Notes: generated by a model not told the origin, from the letters alone. A stretch of 64,000 nt of DNA from Candidatus Woesearchaeota archaeon (GCA_016188065.1 JACPIN010000002.1:5758-69757); one strand, 5' to 3'; shown: positions 18,218 to 28,358, counted from the first letter of the stretch. A program made the numbers and translations.

Positions 18218-19057
18218 ATGTCATATGAAGTGAAATTGAGAAATAATAGTGAATATAGTTCTGATAAGTTATACAGAAATGAACTTAAAAAATCAATACC
18301 CGTATCAAAAGAAGAGGAGGTTGAGCTTTCTGCGAGAATTAAAAATGGAGACAAAAGAGCACTGGATAAATTTGTCAGGTGTAATCTAAGATTCGTTGTT
18401 AACGTAGCGAGGGAATATGAAAATCGTGGATTAAATTTCGGTGAATTGATCTCAGCAGGAAATGTAGGCCTTATAGAAGCTGCAAAAAAGTTTGACGGAA
18501 AAATGGGTTTTAGGTTTACCACTTATGCTGTCAGATGGATAAGGCAGTCAATAATCAGGGATTTAAGAACAATTGTCAGCATCTCTCATATTCCAGATAA
18601 CCATTACGATAAGATCAGCAAGCTAACAAGGCTAGCAAAAGAGCAAGGCAAATCAATAGAAGATACACTAGAGGGGGAAAATGGGGAAGGCTTAATAGTA
18701 GATAGCGATGTCTTAAGGGCATACAGGCCTGCGATGTCTTTAGATTATGCTATTGACGATGATGGGGATAGTCTTAGCGAAACAACTGCAAGCCCTTATA
18801 CATTACAGGATCAGCAATTCGAAAAAAATGAGCTAATATCTAATGTGAAAAAAGTGTTATCAACTTTGGATAAGAGGGAGATGATCATTGTGAAAAAATA
18901 TTTTGGTCTGGATGGAGAAGAGCCAGAAATATTAGAGAAGATTGGAAAGCCCCTAGGCATAACAAAAGAAAGGACAAGGCAGATAAGGGATAAAGCGCTG
19001 AAAAAATTAAGGCATCCTTCAAAAGCCCAATATTTGGAACCATACTATAGTAGTTAA
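18218..19057 (+). CDS. sigma-70 family (RpoD/RpoS-like) protein
   Basis: NLRFVVNVAREY, GNVGLIEAAKKFD, FTTYAVRWIRQSI (region 2); GITKERTRQIRDKALKKLR (region 4). Confidence 0.9.
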   Translation: MSYEVKLRNNSEYSSDKLYRNELKKSIPVSKEEEVELSARIKNGDKRALDKFVRCNLRFVVNVAREYENRGLNFGELISAGNVGLIEAAKKFDGKMGFRFTTYAVRWIRQSIIRDLRTIVSISHIPDNHYDKISKLTRLAKEQGKSIEDTLEGENGEGLIVDSDVLRAYRPAMSLDYAIDDDGDSLSETTASPYTLQDQQFEKNELISNVKKVLSTLDKREMIIVKKYFGLDGEEPEILEKIGKPLGITKERTRQIRDKALKKLRHPSKAQYLEPYYSS

Positions 19058-19096
19058 AAAAGAAACATTTAAAAATAGTTTTTCTATCTTATATTC

Positions 19097-19534
19097 ATGG
19101 TTATAATTGTTAAGGAAAAAGACATGGATTATGAACAAGCGGTGGCTAGAGAAATCTCAGGCTCGTTAAATCTGGAAGATGCCTTTGCATTAAAAGTTGA
19201 GCTTCTGGAAAAAATAAGCTACCAAGATATGGACATGATGTATAGGCATGATCTGACTACAAGAATCTTCAACCAAGGTAGTTCTCTTCCTGAAAAAATA
19301 ATAACTGGTTTTTGGTACAATGAGGATAAAGAGCCCATCGCAAAATCAACTCTGGAAAATGTTGTCAGAAATTTAAAAGAGAGCAAAAATTATCTTATTT
19401 TTTCAGCAGTAGAGGAGCCAAGCAAACTAGACCATCTCGACAGGCACTATGCAAGCGAATTTGTCTTAATTGATAAGGACCATCAGCATAAGATTTATAG
19501 GGGCATAATTGAAAAAATTAAAACACGGCTATAA
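19097..19534 (+). CDS. hypothetical protein
   Basis: 145-aa ORF. Confidence 0.55.
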   Translation: MVIIVKEKDMDYEQAVAREISGSLNLEDAFALKVELLEKISYQDMDMMYRHDLTTRIFNQGSSLPEKIITGFWYNEDKEPIAKSTLENVVRNLKESKNYLIFSAVEEPSKLDHLDRHYASEFVLIDKDHQHKIYRGIIEKIKTRL

Positions 19535-19551
19535 TTTCAGTTATCGTTTGG

Positions 19552-20563
19552 TTAATCATCAACTCTCCACTTAGGATCAATCCCTATTTCTATTTTTTTA
19601 ACGTTTAAATTATCATAATATTTTTTATTTTTTTTGTATTCCAAAATTCCTGTCCATGCAATCATTGCAGCTTGATCGCCGCTCCACTTCATTGGCACGA
19701 CTTCAAATTTGCAATTTCTTTCCTTGCACATAATCTGCAGCATTTCAATTAATCTTCTATTAGCAGCAACGCCACCAATCAAAAGAAGTTCATTTTTATC
19801 AGTATGCGCTAAAGCCCTTTCACTTACCTCGGAAAGCATAGCAAAGCAAGTTTCCTGCAGGCTATAGCACAAATCTTCTTTCTTAACTCCTTCTTTATAT
19901 AGTTGAATTGCTCTCGTTATTATCCCCGAGTATTCAACATCCATTCCCTTGACAACATACGGCAGCTCAACATATTTTCCTCCTCTAGCAAGTTCTTCTA
20001 TTTTAGGTCCGGCTGGAAATCCCAGGCCAATTTCTCTTCCAAATTTGTCCAGAGCATTTCCAATTCCAATACTTAATGCTTCCCCGAAAATTCTGTACTT
20101 ATTTCCTTCAAAAGCAATTATCTGCGTATTAGCGCCGGTAGCTAAAATAAAAACAGGATCTTTCACTTTGCACATTAATTTCCCGATTTCTAAATGTGAA
20201 ATCAAATGTGAAACTCCTACAAGAGGGCTTCCAAAAATTTTTGCTTGTTCTTTAGCAGCATTAGCTCCGACCCACAGAGAAAGAGGCATTCCAGGTCCTT
20301 GCGAAAAGGCAACCAAATCAAATTTTTTTATTTTTGAATTTTCAACAGCATCATATAAAATCCTATCTTTCACTCTTTTCAAAAATTCAGCACATTCATT
20401 TGGAATTATCCCTTTCTCAGGATTTTTATACATCTCTCTAGCTTCGCTTAAAATTTTTCCATCTTCTGTCACAACAGCAGCACTAAAAGTATCTCCGCAA
20501 TTATTTTAGAGCGGTACTTTCAATGCCAAGACAGACCAATCCTTTTTTTCTTTTCTCTTTCAT
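19552..20563 (-). CDS. kae1: t6A synthase Kae1, split by a 16-nt intron: join(20563..20509, 20492..19552)
   Basis: SQGPG, HLISHLE, GNALDKFGR, GGVAANRRL; N-terminal CLGIESTAHTFSAAVV is restored only after removing 20493-20508. Confidence 0.92.
20493..20508 (-). other. predicted BHB intron in kae1 mRNA
   Basis: AAAGTA-CCGC-TC|T-AA-aataa-TT-GCGG-AG|A-TACTTT: full hBHBh' motif; contains an in-frame stop. Confidence 0.88.
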
Positions 20564-20571
20564 ATTATACC

Positions 20572-21744
20572 TTAGTTAAATCTTACCGAATATTTATTAT
20601 GAGTTCTTAGTATTTTCATTCTATAGATATTGTTTTCTAAATGAGAACTGTTTAAATTATTTAATTTCATTAATTCAATAGCACAATCTATGGGGATAAA
20701 TTTTTTGTTTTTCTTCCAAAGGGGGATATAGACATCAAATATGGAAGAAACATCTATCTGATCAAATGATTTGCATTTCTCTTTTAAATAATAAGAAAGT
20801 TTTTTATATTGTCCAAACTTTTTATGTGATATTTTATTGGCAGCATTCACGATTAATTTTTTCTGCCAACCTTTCCTTAATAAAACACAAATATTAGGAG
20901 GTTCAGATTTATCATAATTGTGCAAATAACCTTTTAGTTCTTCCATTTTATTTTTGTACTTTAGAGACTTCAAAATCTCTTGAATTTTTGCACGTTTTCT
21001 ATAAGTATAGGGAACATTTTCTAGAAATTTTATCATATTCTTTTTCTCGGTTAATACTCTAATGGCTATAGGGTATGTTACTATCCCCTCTTTTGAGATC
21101 AATTTCTCACTTTCACATATTTTAGGTTCTGTGACTTTGATACCAAAACCAGATAACAACCTCATTACATCTTTCATAAATCCTGAACTAAAATCTTCAA
21201 CCAAATTTTCTTTTGCATTTAATGAAAATTTTAATGATTCACAAGAAAGTTTAGATTTCTTTAATCTAGGAGTTTCACCATCTCCAGAGAATAAACCATC
21301 TATAAATTTCCATTTCAAGGAGTCTTCTAAATCAAAAATCCATATAGGTATCCTAAAATTTTGATAATTTTTATTTCCGATGGGTGATCCGACATGGACC
21401 ATTAATCTCCCTAAACTAGCAGGAAGATAAACATAATAAATTCCATTCAAATGAGGTTCTAAACAAATATTCCAAAATTTTTTAACATCGCTACAAAAAT
21501 TCAAGGCATCAATTTTATCACTAAAACATACGTAAAATGTAATAGACCTATTATTCTTTTGCTCATAGATGCATCCATCAGAGTATCTAAAACCAAGCGT
21601 AATAATAAATTGTTGGAAAGCAGGATTTTTAGAAACAATCAAAGGAAGCAGGTTCATATCTTTTAACTGTTTTATACCTTCTTCTCTCTTAAAATCTGTG
21701 GTAGAATAATATTTCATTAAATCTTTTTCTGTTGCCAATATCAT
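20572..21744 (-). CDS. free-standing LAGLIDADG (DOD-type) endonuclease
   Basis: LGFRYSDGC and FIDGLFSGDG motifs; no intein termini. Confidence 0.8.
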   Translation of the reverse strand: MILATEKDLMKYYSTTDFKREEGIKQLKDMNLLPLIVSKNPAFQQFIITLGFRYSDGCIYEQKNNRSITFYVCFSDKIDALNFCSDVKKFWNICLEPHLNGIYYVYLPASLGRLMVHVGSPIGNKNYQNFRIPIWIFDLEDSLKWKFIDGLFSGDGETPRLKKSKLSCESLKFSLNAKENLVEDFSSGFMKDVMRLLSGFGIKVTEPKICESEKLISKEGIVTYPIAIRVLTEKKNMIKFLENVPYTYRKRAKIQEILKSLKYKNKMEELKGYLHNYDKSEPPNICVLLRKGWQKKLIVNAANKISHKKFGQYKKLSYYLKEKCKSFDQIDVSSIFDVYIPLWKKNKKFIPIDCAIELMKLNNLNSSHLENNIYRMKILRTHNKYSVRFN

Positions 21745-21789
21745 GGGTTAGAATAAATTACTCCTTTATAAATATCTTGCGGGGATATG

Positions 21790-22782
21790 TCAAGTGTGAC
21801 ATGTAAAACTTCTACTCAATTCAATTCCAATTTTAATAAGGTCACTAAATTTACTTGATGAAACCGTCTCTGACATGGACCTGCATGCGAGATAACATCT
21901 ATTACAAGAATTATGCTCCTTAAATTTTCTAATCAGATCTAATGTTCTACATTCAGATTCTTTATGGTCTATACATGCTCTTAATTTACCATTAGGCAAA
22001 ATCCATAAGAATGAATTTCCAGCATCACATTTTCCATATCTTCCTGTCCTTAAAAATTCTTCACCATTCTCCAAAATTATTTTAGAATTCATAATAGTAC
22101 TTGGATTTTCTTTTTTAAGTTTAGTTAAAATACCTGGGATAAAATCCTCTATGGAAACACTATATAAATTACTATTGACTCTAACGGGACTATAAGGCAT
22201 TAATGTTACCTGCAGACCGTATTCTTTAGCAAACTGAATAATGCTCGGAATCTCTGAAAAATTTTCTTTCATCACAATCGTACTAAGCCCGATTCTAGCT
22301 CCGTCATGGTTTCTGCACTCATCCAAAAAGGTAATTATCTTAGAATATAGTCCATTTAGCCCTCTTGCATTGTCATGATCTTTACCTAAAAAATCTAGAG
22401 AAATATTAAGCCTGTCCAATCCAGCTTCAGAAAGAGAATTGTATCTGGGGATGGTTAAAAAAGAACCATTTGTAGTTATTTGAACATAAGGGATATTGGC
22501 TTCAGTTTTAGCTTCTTTAACCAAATTTTCTAAATCCTTTCTAATCAAAGGCTCTCCTCCGACAAAGCCGACAGCAACAGGATTTAATCCTAAAAGTTCA
22601 TCTAAATAAGAAGATTTAGTCTCTAAAATACGCATTCCATCATTGTTGCTTCTCCTATATCCACAAAATCCACAATCGGCATTACAGTTTTGTGTAATTT
22701 CAATAGAAACATATAACGGTTTTCCATTTTTCTTATTAGAATAGTATCTTTTTATAGCTTCAAAAGAGTTCATCAATTTCAT
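21790..22782 (-). CDS. radical SAM/SPASM protein
   Basis: CNADCGFC (CxxxCxxC), GGEPL, C-terminal Cys cluster. Confidence 0.9.
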   Translation of the reverse strand: MKLMNSFEAIKRYYSNKKNGKPLYVSIEITQNCNADCGFCGYRRSNNDGMRILETKSSYLDELLGLNPVAVGFVGGEPLIRKDLENLVKEAKTEANIPYVQITTNGSFLTIPRYNSLSEAGLDRLNISLDFLGKDHDNARGLNGLYSKIITFLDECRNHDGARIGLSTIVMKENFSEIPSIIQFAKEYGLQVTLMPYSPVRVNSNLYSVSIEDFIPGILTKLKKENPSTIMNSKIILENGEEFLRTGRYGKCDAGNSFLWILPNGKLRACIDHKESECRTLDLIRKFKEHNSCNRCYLACRSMSETVSSSKFSDLIKIGIELSRSFTCHT

Positions 22783-22812
22783 ATAACAAGTTAAGAGTTA
22801 AAAGTTTAAAAA

Positions 22813-23541
22813 TTATCCGATGTATTCCAAATCAGGATTTCTTCCTGCAGCAGCAGGAGCGCCAGCTTGCTGTGTTTTTACCTTTTCCATTAATTCTTTT
22901 AGCATGACTTCAAAGCTCTTTGCAGCTTTCATCAAAGGCTTGTAATCAATGTCCATGTTCCAGTATTTATCTAAAGCCTGTATTGTTCTAGCAGCAGCCT
23001 CGCTGTCAGGGAATTTGCTCGGGCTTTCAGCAAGTATAACTGAAATCGGAACATCCTCAACTCTTAACATTACAGTTGCAGTAACTCCCATCATTACTCC
23101 TTCCTGTAGAACAGGCAATCCTAACTTCTCTCCAGCCTTAAGATTATTGCTTGAGTAGAAATAAGTCTTCATGCTTCCTTTAGTATCCTTAGCATCATTT
23201 GTAGGCAAGCCCTCTAGGATTATTATTTCTTTAGCATTTAAAGTTCTGGCAAGCTCATCAATAACCTCGGTAATATGCCACTCGCTTCCAGCAAGCTCGG
23301 ACAAAGTCTGCATAATTACGATGTTGAACTTCTTATTATAAAACAAATCTAAAGGCCCGATTAATTTATTTTTATGGATGGCCGCCAAAGGGAGTAATTT
23401 ATTTGATTCAATCTCTCCGATTTTTTTAACATCAAGGTGCTCAATCAAGAATTTAGTGGCAATTGTCCCAACAAGGCCAAAACCAGGAAAGCCCAAAACT
23501 AATCTTACATTCTGTGGCTTTTCATGAAGGTGAATTTTCAT
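22813..23541 (-). CDS. proteasome assembly chaperone (PAC2 family)
   Basis: GFPGFGLVGTIA and PDSEAAA motifs. Confidence 0.88.
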   Translation of the reverse strand: MKIHLHEKPQNVRLVLGFPGFGLVGTIATKFLIEHLDVKKIGEIESNKLLPLAAIHKNKLIGPLDLFYNKKFNIVIMQTLSELAGSEWHITEVIDELARTLNAKEIIILEGLPTNDAKDTKGSMKTYFYSSNNLKAGEKLGLPVLQEGVMMGVTATVMLRVEDVPISVILAESPSKFPDSEAAARTIQALDKYWNMDIDYKPLMKAAKSFEVMLKELMEKVKTQQAGAPAAAGRNPDLEYIG

Positions 23542-23577
23542 AAGTTAAAAAAATGAGTAGATAATATATAAAACTTG

Positions 23578-24009
23578 TTATTCGAAGTCTGGACCAAAAT
23601 TTTCCACCCAGGGAGTTCCCCTTTCCTTTTCAATATAATCAAGTAAAATGCTATATTTTACATCTTCAGGTCTTGGAGTATAATCATCCGTATTTACTAA
23701 TCCCATCTTCTTAAAAAAATTTAATCTATCTTGCTCATCTAGATGATTCTTACCTAATCTTTTTGCATATAATGCTTGAGCTTCTCTAATGTCCTGCATC
23801 TTTAATTCAGGAGAAAAAATCTCGGAGTAAACTACTTTTATAGTATCTATGGGTCCATAAATAAAAACTGATGAAGCGGAATATCCCAAAGCAAAAACAA
23901 AACCTAAAACCTCTCCTGCATCTCTAACAAGTTCTATTAAACTACGTTTCTTTTTAATTTGGTCATATTCTTTTCTAGAAAGAGTGATAATCTCATCTTC
24001 TTTGACCAT
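23578..24009 (-). CDS. hypothetical protein
   Basis: 143-aa ORF. Confidence 0.55.
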   Translation of the reverse strand: MVKEDEIITLSRKEYDQIKKKRSLIELVRDAGEVLGFVFALGYSASSVFIYGPIDTIKVVYSEIFSPELKMQDIREAQALYAKRLGKNHLDEQDRLNFFKKMGLVNTDDYTPRPEDVKYSILLDYIEKERGTPWVENFGPDFE

Positions 24010-24051
24010 AGGATCAAAAATCAGAGAAAATTATATAACCTTTTCTATTTA

Positions 24052-25242
24052 TTATTTTCTAGCAACTATTTCTATCACGTCCCTGTTCTTCAATTTATAT
24101 TCTTTCCCAACGGGTTTTTTATCTCTGACATTGATTGCCTTAACAAAATTATCTCCAAGGTCTTTATGCAGCTTATATGCAAAATCAAGTGCAGTGCTTC
24201 CTTCTTTAAGTAAAAAGCAGTCAGGTATAACTCTCCCTTGTGGGTCTTTTAAGTTATTCACTCCTCCAGGAAAAACTGCAATATATTTTAGCTTCTCAAA
24301 AACAATTTTATTTAAAACATCTTGAACTCCTGTAGTCTTATTCTCTTCAAGAAATTCTTCAATGAAGTTCAATGCAGTCTTTTTATCAAGGCTCAGTTTA
24401 TTTTCATTAGATTTTACGATGTGAAAGTTATCCTCTCCGGAAACATAGGATATCAGCTCATGTTTTGCAGCCTCCCTTAATGCAAGTTCAACTTCAGCAC
24501 TGCATGCAATCATTTCATATTTATCTTTTAATCTTTCAAAATTAAATCTCGCCCCCTCAACGTCAATCTTATTTGCAGCAATAATAATCGGCTTGCTTCT
24601 CCTTCTCAGTTCTCTTGCTAATTTTAATAACTCTTCATTGCTCCAAGTTGCAGGATTATGGCTCAGGTTTAAATTTTTAATAGAATCTTGTGCAACTTCT
24701 TCATCAACTCTTAATCCAGACAGTTGTTTAGCCAAAGATTTTTTTACATCAAGATTAGCTTGTGCAACCGTCCTGGAAAATTTCTCCCAACTCTTTTTTA
24801 ATATTCTTAAATACCATTGGTCTAGTTCATTTTCTAAAAATTTAATATCTTTTTCAGGATCATGGCTTAGTTTTTCTACAGGGTTTCCATTTTCATCTGT
24901 GCTCCCGGAAACATCAACAATATGTATTAAGGCATCTGCCTCATTCAAATCATTAAGAAATTCATTGCCAAGCCCACGACCTTCACTCGCCCCGGGAACT
25001 AATCCTGCGACATCCAACAACTCGATCGGAACAAATCTGGAATGATCAATGCAAAAACCAAATCGTGGATTACATTGAGTATTAAATTCTTTGTCAACAC
25101 ATTCAATTTTGACATATCCTTCGCCTCTGTTTGGCTTGATTGTCACAAATGGGCGATTGCTTATTTCGACTTCAGCCAATGTTGCTGCTTTAAAAAAACT
25201 TGATTTGCCAACATTCGCTTTTCCTACTAACCCTACTAACAT
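24052..25242 (-). CDS. ychF: YchF/OLA1-family GTPase/ATPase
   Basis: GKANVGKSSFF, DVAGLV, NKID, C-terminal TGS domain; start at MLVGLVG. Confidence 0.92.
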   Translation of the reverse strand: MLVGLVGKANVGKSSFFKAATLAEVEISNRPFVTIKPNRGEGYVKIECVDKEFNTQCNPRFGFCIDHSRFVPIELLDVAGLVPGASEGRGLGNEFLNDLNEADALIHIVDVSGSTDENGNPVEKLSHDPEKDIKFLENELDQWYLRILKKSWEKFSRTVAQANLDVKKSLAKQLSGLRVDEEVAQDSIKNLNLSHNPATWSNEELLKLARELRRRSKPIIIAANKIDVEGARFNFERLKDKYEMIACSAEVELALREAAKHELISYVSGEDNFHIVKSNENKLSLDKKTALNFIEEFLEENKTTGVQDVLNKIVFEKLKYIAVFPGGVNNLKDPQGRVIPDCFLLKEGSTALDFAYKLHKDLGDNFVKAINVRDKKPVGKEYKLKNRDVIEIVARK

Positions 25243-25285
25243 AATGCAATACTTTTTTAAATACCTTTTAAATATATCTGTGAAT

Positions 25286-25684
25286 ATGGATAAACCCAAA
25301 ATCCCTAAAGAAGCAGGAAAATTAAAATGGCTCTGCAATGAAGCATTTTTCAGTATTAAAAGAAGGCTTCCAGTAAAATTAAGAGAAACAAGAGCTTATG
25401 ATAGGGCTTTAGCTTTTACTTTTGGGGCACTAGCAGGATATGGTATTGCATTTGCAGGAAAAGAATTTATGGAATTGATTAATGAAACTCATCATAATTA
25501 TTTTAACATAAAAGAAGTTACATCTCATTGCTTGGCAGGAACAGTAGCTATACCATTGGTTTCTTATGCAATAGCACCGAATTATATACAGCAGTTTATA
25601 AGTGAAAATCCAAGGTATTCTGCAGGTTCTATAGGAGTAATGATGGGAGCTTCTGTGAAAGCATTAGAAACTTTATTATCTTAA
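25286..25684 (+). CDS. membrane protein
   Basis: Three hydrophobic segments; start MDKPKIP. Confidence 0.55.
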   Translation: MDKPKIPKEAGKLKWLCNEAFFSIKRRLPVKLRETRAYDRALAFTFGALAGYGIAFAGKEFMELINETHHNYFNIKEVTSHCLAGTVAIPLVSYAIAPNYIQQFISENPRYSAGSIGVMMGASVKALETLLS

Positions 25685-25745
25685 TCCTACATTGTTAACT
25701 TAATCCAAAACCTTTAAAAGAAATATCGTTCTGAATCTTAACTAA

Positions 25746-25863
25746 GGGCTCGTAGCTCAGTCTGGTTAGAGCACCAAATCAGAAGTGATGTGCAGGTCTT
25801 ATATGACGTAGCCAGATACACTAAGAGAGCTGGCGGTCGGCGGTTCAAATCCGCCCGGGCCCA
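25746..25863 (+). tRNA. tRNA-Ile(UAU) with two BHB introns (25777-25795 at 29/30; 25804-25827 at 37/38)
   Basis: Cloverleaf restored after removing introns with helices GCAC/GTGC and CTTA/TAAG; loop CT-TAT-AA. Confidence 0.85.
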
Positions 25864-25957
25864 GTTTATAGTTTCAATTGAAACCACGATATTGGTTCAA
25901 ATGAACCAAAAAACTTATATAGTCTTTAAGACTATTCACAAAAGAGATGGTGAATAA

Positions 25958-26164
25958 ATGTATTGGAAAGAAGTCAGAAGAACTGAACATTTTGATCAAT
26001 ATCATAAAGGAACACTTGCTTGGAGTGAGGTTGTTAGGCTAATACATAAAATAAAAAACAAAAGAAAAAAAGGAGACAAAATTGAAATTGAAGACAATAA
26101 GTTTTATCTCCTTTGTGAACTCAAAGAAGATATATTATATGTAATCAATGTGAAAAGAAAATGA
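25958..26164 (+). CDS. small toxin-like protein (BrnT/RelE-like)
   Basis: 68 aa, basic, overlaps zinc-ribbon partner; family inferred. Confidence 0.5.
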   Translation: MYWKEVRRTEHFDQYHKGTLAWSEVVRLIHKIKNKRKKGDKIEIEDNKFYLLCELKEDILYVINVKRK

Positions 26165-26499
26165 AATGTCCAAAATGCAATCACAATTTTAAGGAAGTCG
26201 AAGTAAGAATCCAAGATGCAGACAGTCTTGTAACTAGCTATCAGTGTGCTAATTGTGGGTACTTCGAATTTGAAGAAAATTCTATGAGTAAAGCAATTAA
26301 AGAAATTAAGGCAAAAGAAACACCGTTGAAAATAAGACAAAGAATAATTAAGTTATCCCACGATAGATTAGGAATGTACTTCAGCAAAGACATTATCAGA
26401 AGTCTTGATCTTAAAGGTGGAGAAGAGATTGATATTCGCGTACCTGACCGTAAACACATTGTAGTGGAATTAGAAAATAAAGAAGCTAAAAAATCATAA
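26161..26499 (+). CDS. zinc-ribbon plus AbrB-like antitoxin
   Basis: CPKC...CANC; LGMYFSKDIIRSLDLKGGEEI. Confidence 0.7.
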   Translation: MKCPKCNHNFKEVEVRIQDADSLVTSYQCANCGYFEFEENSMSKAIKEIKAKETPLKIRQRIIKLSHDRLGMYFSKDIIRSLDLKGGEEIDIRVPDRKHIVVELENKEAKKS

Positions 26500-26551
26500 T
26501 CTATTTTTCCAACCAAAACTTTAAAAACATCTAAATGAAAATTATTCTTAT

Positions 26552-26629
26552 GCTCCCTTGGTCTAGCCCGGTCAACGATCTCGCCCTTTCGAGGCGAGGA
26601 CCCGAGTTCGAATCTCGGAGGGAGCGCCA
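26552..26629 (+). tRNA. tRNA-Glu(UUC), CCA encoded
   Basis: GCTCCCT/AGGGAGC acceptor stem, CT-TTC-GA loop, TTCGAAT T-loop. Confidence 0.95.
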
Positions 26630-26697
26630 TAAAATCTCATCAAAACATTTTTATATATCCTCTTTTTTACAATTAATAAAACTAAGGGGGAATATTA

Positions 26698-27414
26698 ATG
26701 GAAAACTTCAATAAGGATTCTGGTTCTATTACATTTAAGAAATCTACATTATGGAAAGTAGGGACTTTTGTTTTTGCCGCATTATTCGTAATTTCAATTT
26801 TTACAGGCGGTTTTCGCGGCTCTGGCAATGGGGCAATAACAGGCGGGGCAGTTCGAGAATTGCCGAGTATTCCAACAGGGATAGCAGAAGTGAATGCGGA
26901 AGACTTTGTCGACGATGACCCTGTTTTAGGAAATAAAGATGCACCATTGACAATTGTAGAGTTTTCAGATTTCCAATGCCCTTTCTGTGCAAGATTCAGG
27001 AGCGAGACATTCGAACAGATTAAATCACAATACATTGACACAGGAAAAGTTAAATTAGTTTACAGGGATTTTCCTCTAACTAGCATACATCCGATGGCGC
27101 AAAAATCTGCTGAAGCTGCTGAATGCGCTGATGATCAGGGAAAATTCTGGGAGATGCACGATTTAATTTTCGAAAGGCAGGCAAGCTTAAGTATGACTAG
27201 CCTGAAACAGTGGGCTGAAGAGCTTGGATTAAATGGAAATGATTTTAACAAGTGTTTAGACTCAGGCAAACATGCAAGTGAAGTCAGCAAGGATTCAAGT
27301 GATGCTCAAAGTGCTGGTGCGCAGGGAACTCCGTTTTTCATCGTCGGAAATCAGCCAGTTTCTGGAGCTCAGCCGTTCTCGGCATTCCAAGCAGCAATAG
27401 AACCACAGCTTTAA
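26698..27414 (+). CDS. membrane-anchored DsbA-family oxidoreductase
   Basis: FSDFQCPFC, GTPFF, GAQPF. Confidence 0.92.
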   Translation: MENFNKDSGSITFKKSTLWKVGTFVFAALFVISIFTGGFRGSGNGAITGGAVRELPSIPTGIAEVNAEDFVDDDPVLGNKDAPLTIVEFSDFQCPFCARFRSETFEQIKSQYIDTGKVKLVYRDFPLTSIHPMAQKSAEAAECADDQGKFWEMHDLIFERQASLSMTSLKQWAEELGLNGNDFNKCLDSGKHASEVSKDSSDAQSAGAQGTPFFIVGNQPVSGAQPFSAFQAAIEPQL

Positions 27415-27480
27415 TTTTTTTATTTTTTATTTTTAATTACGACCGCAAGCTATATAAGTTAGATGAATTGTTGCAGGATT

Positions 27481-27984
27481 ATGAAAAAAATCTTTTTCTT
27501 TGGGATCATAGTGATTATACTTTTCTTAATTAGCGGAGCAGGATGCAATGAACAAAAAACTACTGAAAAAGTTCAAATCAATGATGGAAAAAATAATGAT
27601 GTTAAGGAAGAAGGAAAGGTTTTAGATATTGTAAAAGACGATTTTGAGGAGGGAAGAATTTTAGTTGATAGAGTGAGATATGTTCAGGCAGGAAACCCAC
27701 CGTTTGATTTCACGAATGTAATCTTCCATCAGAAATCAGGAAATGGATACAGGGCGGAAATTAATTCTGATAAAGACATAAAAGCAGAGGTTATGACAGA
27801 AAAGGATTGTTTATTAAAAGGCCAGGGGGATAAATACAGCATTATCAAGGAAGATGAAGGAAAAAAGATTATCATCGCCGGCGAGAAAAACGAAGGTGAA
27901 AATAGGAACTTATGCGTCGGGGCAACTTCAAAAGAAGGCTCTGGGCAGGTAGAAATCAAATTCAAGGTTGTTGAGTTGATTTAG
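27481..27984 (+). CDS. putative lipoprotein
   Basis: MKK + hydrophobic stretch + GAGC. Confidence 0.6.
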   Translation: MKKIFFFGIIVIILFLISGAGCNEQKTTEKVQINDGKNNDVKEEGKVLDIVKDDFEEGRILVDRVRYVQAGNPPFDFTNVIFHQKSGNGYRAEINSDKDIKAEVMTEKDCLLKGQGDKYSIIKEDEGKKIIIAGEKNEGENRNLCVGATSKEGSGQVEIKFKVVELI

Positions 27985-28022
27985 AAACTTATTTAAATTA
28001 ACTTTTTCTTTTTTAATTTCAC

Positions 28023-28144
28023 GGGCCCGTAGCTCAGCTTGGTAGAACCCTTTTAGAAAAAGCGTTCACGGAAAAATAAAAAAGGATGCCAAAAGCAACA
28101 GCCTTTTAAGCTGTGGGTCGCGCGTTCGAATCGCGTCGGGCCCG
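28023..28144 (+). tRNA. tRNA-Lys(UUU) with a 48-nt D-arm BHB intron (28046-28093)
   Basis: TGGT/GCCA helix with AG|A and AA|A bulges; ACAGC-CTTTTAA-GCTGT anticodon arm. Confidence 0.88.
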
Positions 28145-28154
28145 GTATGTTTAA

Positions 28155-28209
28155 TTTTTTTCTTTGGACACGATTTCTTTTTTCTAAAAAGAAAGTGTGG
28201 AGAGCGAAG
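28155..28209 (-). repeat. structured intergenic repeat, copy A
   Basis: Reverse complement nearly identical to 35690-35736. Confidence 0.75.
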
Positions 28210-28358
28210 TGATTTCAATTTTTTATTTTAAACCGAAACCTTTATAAAGTTTTTCCCAGATTTTTTGGTTGGATGCTCAAAATTATATCATTTTTTACTA
28301 AATTAGATAGAGTCATTTAAATCCCAATAAAAAAATACGTAGCCAGCGGAGGCCAACC

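Noticed and set aside
19552-20472. kae1 as an N-terminally truncated gene or pseudogene, as in the ORF track
   Set aside because: The missing N-terminus is present upstream and is rejoined by removing a BHB intron
20572-21744. LAGLIDADG ORFs as inteins
   Set aside because: No Cys/Ser start or His-Asn end and no flanking extein frames
26241-26630. 129-aa minus-strand ORF and similar short antisense ORFs in the track
   Set aside because: Shadows of tRNA-Glu or of well-supported genes on the opposite strand
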